IMG/VR virus record: IMGVR_UViG_3300032320_001009
Location: 25,244-89,243 of that record
From: a virus
Lineage: Duplodnaviria > Caudoviricetes
Length of the DNA: 64,000 bases
Strand: one strand, 5' to 3'
The notes beneath the pieces are model-generated. The model searched no databases and was not told where the DNA came from. It was given only the letters and a program-made list of their open reading frames with translations. The first letter of the stretch is position 1. The number at the start of each line of letters is the position of its first letter. Shown in pieces: positions 63,120-64,000 of the stretch. The translations under genes were made by a program, and so were the position numbers.

Positions 63120-64000
63120 GTTGTTACCTTTCGAGTAGTTGATTGATTAAGTGATTACGTTGCGTAGTTAGTTTTAATAACTACACACCACCGAATTAAT
63201 TTCTGTCACGAATTAATTCGATAGTGCGTATTTATTTATTGAGCAACCGATTTAGTTTTCGCAGAGTGCGTAGTTGCAATTGGTCAGTTACGAGTTTGTA
63301 TTGCAAAGTACAAACAAGAAAGTTGTTTCCGTATTAACAACCGCAAGTTGTTACTGTACGAATTTAATCGAGTAACTGTTAGCAAGTTGTTACAACGTCA
63401 GGTAGTTATTTAAAAAGTCATAAATATTATTTTGTTTTTTATTTTGTAAATAAATTTATTGGTGAAATTTATTTTGCAAAAGAAATTACAAAACCTTTTT
63501 TAACTACCGCCTCGACAAAGACCCTCGGGCTGACCAACAAGAGAATTCTCTCATGACTTGGGGTAGTTATGCAACCTGCGTGTCTTACGCATAAATAGTG
63601 CAATTTTTGGCGTGCATTCTCGGGGCACGTCGATGATTGGGGTTTAAGGGGCGAAGCCCCTTTAGTAATAAATAAATGATTGTTGATTATGTTTATTGAT
63701 ATAGATAAGAGATAGAAGATAGATAAACACTTATGCACTTAGCAATTAGTAATTGATTTAAATAGATAATTAATAAGTAATTAAAGTAGTTAGTAACAAT
63801 GTGTTTACACGTTGTATGTATCTGATAACAGCGTGGTGTACTGCTTGTTTGGCTGGTGTTATTCGCACAAGCAATTGCATTACAAATACAGTAGCCAACA
63901 CTAACTATCACGTGCACTATCAATGCTTATTTTATTTATTTATTTACACGTGAATAGAACACGTAACACAAGTGTTAGAAACTAATTGTTAAAGAAGTTA
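63120..64000. promoter_or_regulatory. AT-rich non-coding control region
   Basis: No credible ORF; palindromes, direct repeats and a mini-hairpin; upstream of the leftward arm. Confidence 0.6.

Noticed and set aside
63469-63923. Track ORFs 63469-63738 and 63693-63923
   Set aside because: No SD, low-complexity AT-rich translation, and they overlap repeat and palindrome elements; likely non-coding.
1-64000. tRNA, tmRNA or rRNA genes
   Set aside because: No cloverleaf or T-loop GTTC signature in any intergenic gap long enough to hold one.

Overview
The window is a 64-kb segment of a contractile-tailed (myovirus-type) dsDNA phage genome, roughly low-40s % GC by eye. WhiB, leaderless-type promoters and actinophage-type small domains point to an actinobacterial host, plausibly low-GC freshwater Actinomycetota (inference). 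The layout has five parts. (1) 1-17.8 kb (+): tail, baseplate and fibre operon. (2) 17.9-34.7 kb (+): replication and recombination (HTH initiator with an internal iteron-like/AT-rich origin, DnaC-like loader, DnaB, primase, SNF2, SSB, PolA, RecA, WhiB, Cas4-like, RuvC, dNMP kinase). (3) 34.7-45.8 kb (+): accessory block (SpoVS, metallophosphoesterase, many small disordered proteins, HhH glycosylase-like gene, and a Pol-beta NTase / HAD-like / TGT-like trio). (4) 45.9-49.8 kb (+): class II RNR and a flavin-dependent halogenase. (5) 49.8-63.1 kb (-): probable early arm (DUF4258-like, SLT, tyrosine integrase with Xis-like gene, many small ORFs, VWA plus MoxR AAA), ending in an AT-rich non-coding stretch. 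The most notable observations are: the NTase / pseudo-HAD / pseudo-TGT module; a TCTGATAACAG motif shared between that module and the far non-coding end, next to a 10-bp-phased GTGG array; an 18-Cys insert in a fibre protein; a Zn-finger insert in the integrase catalytic domain; a repeated CCRMCTACAAAAAA element in the early arm; a candidate +1 frameshift in the tail chaperone; and layered restriction-site avoidance. No capsid, terminase, tRNA or CRISPR array was seen. All family calls come from motif recognition without database searches.
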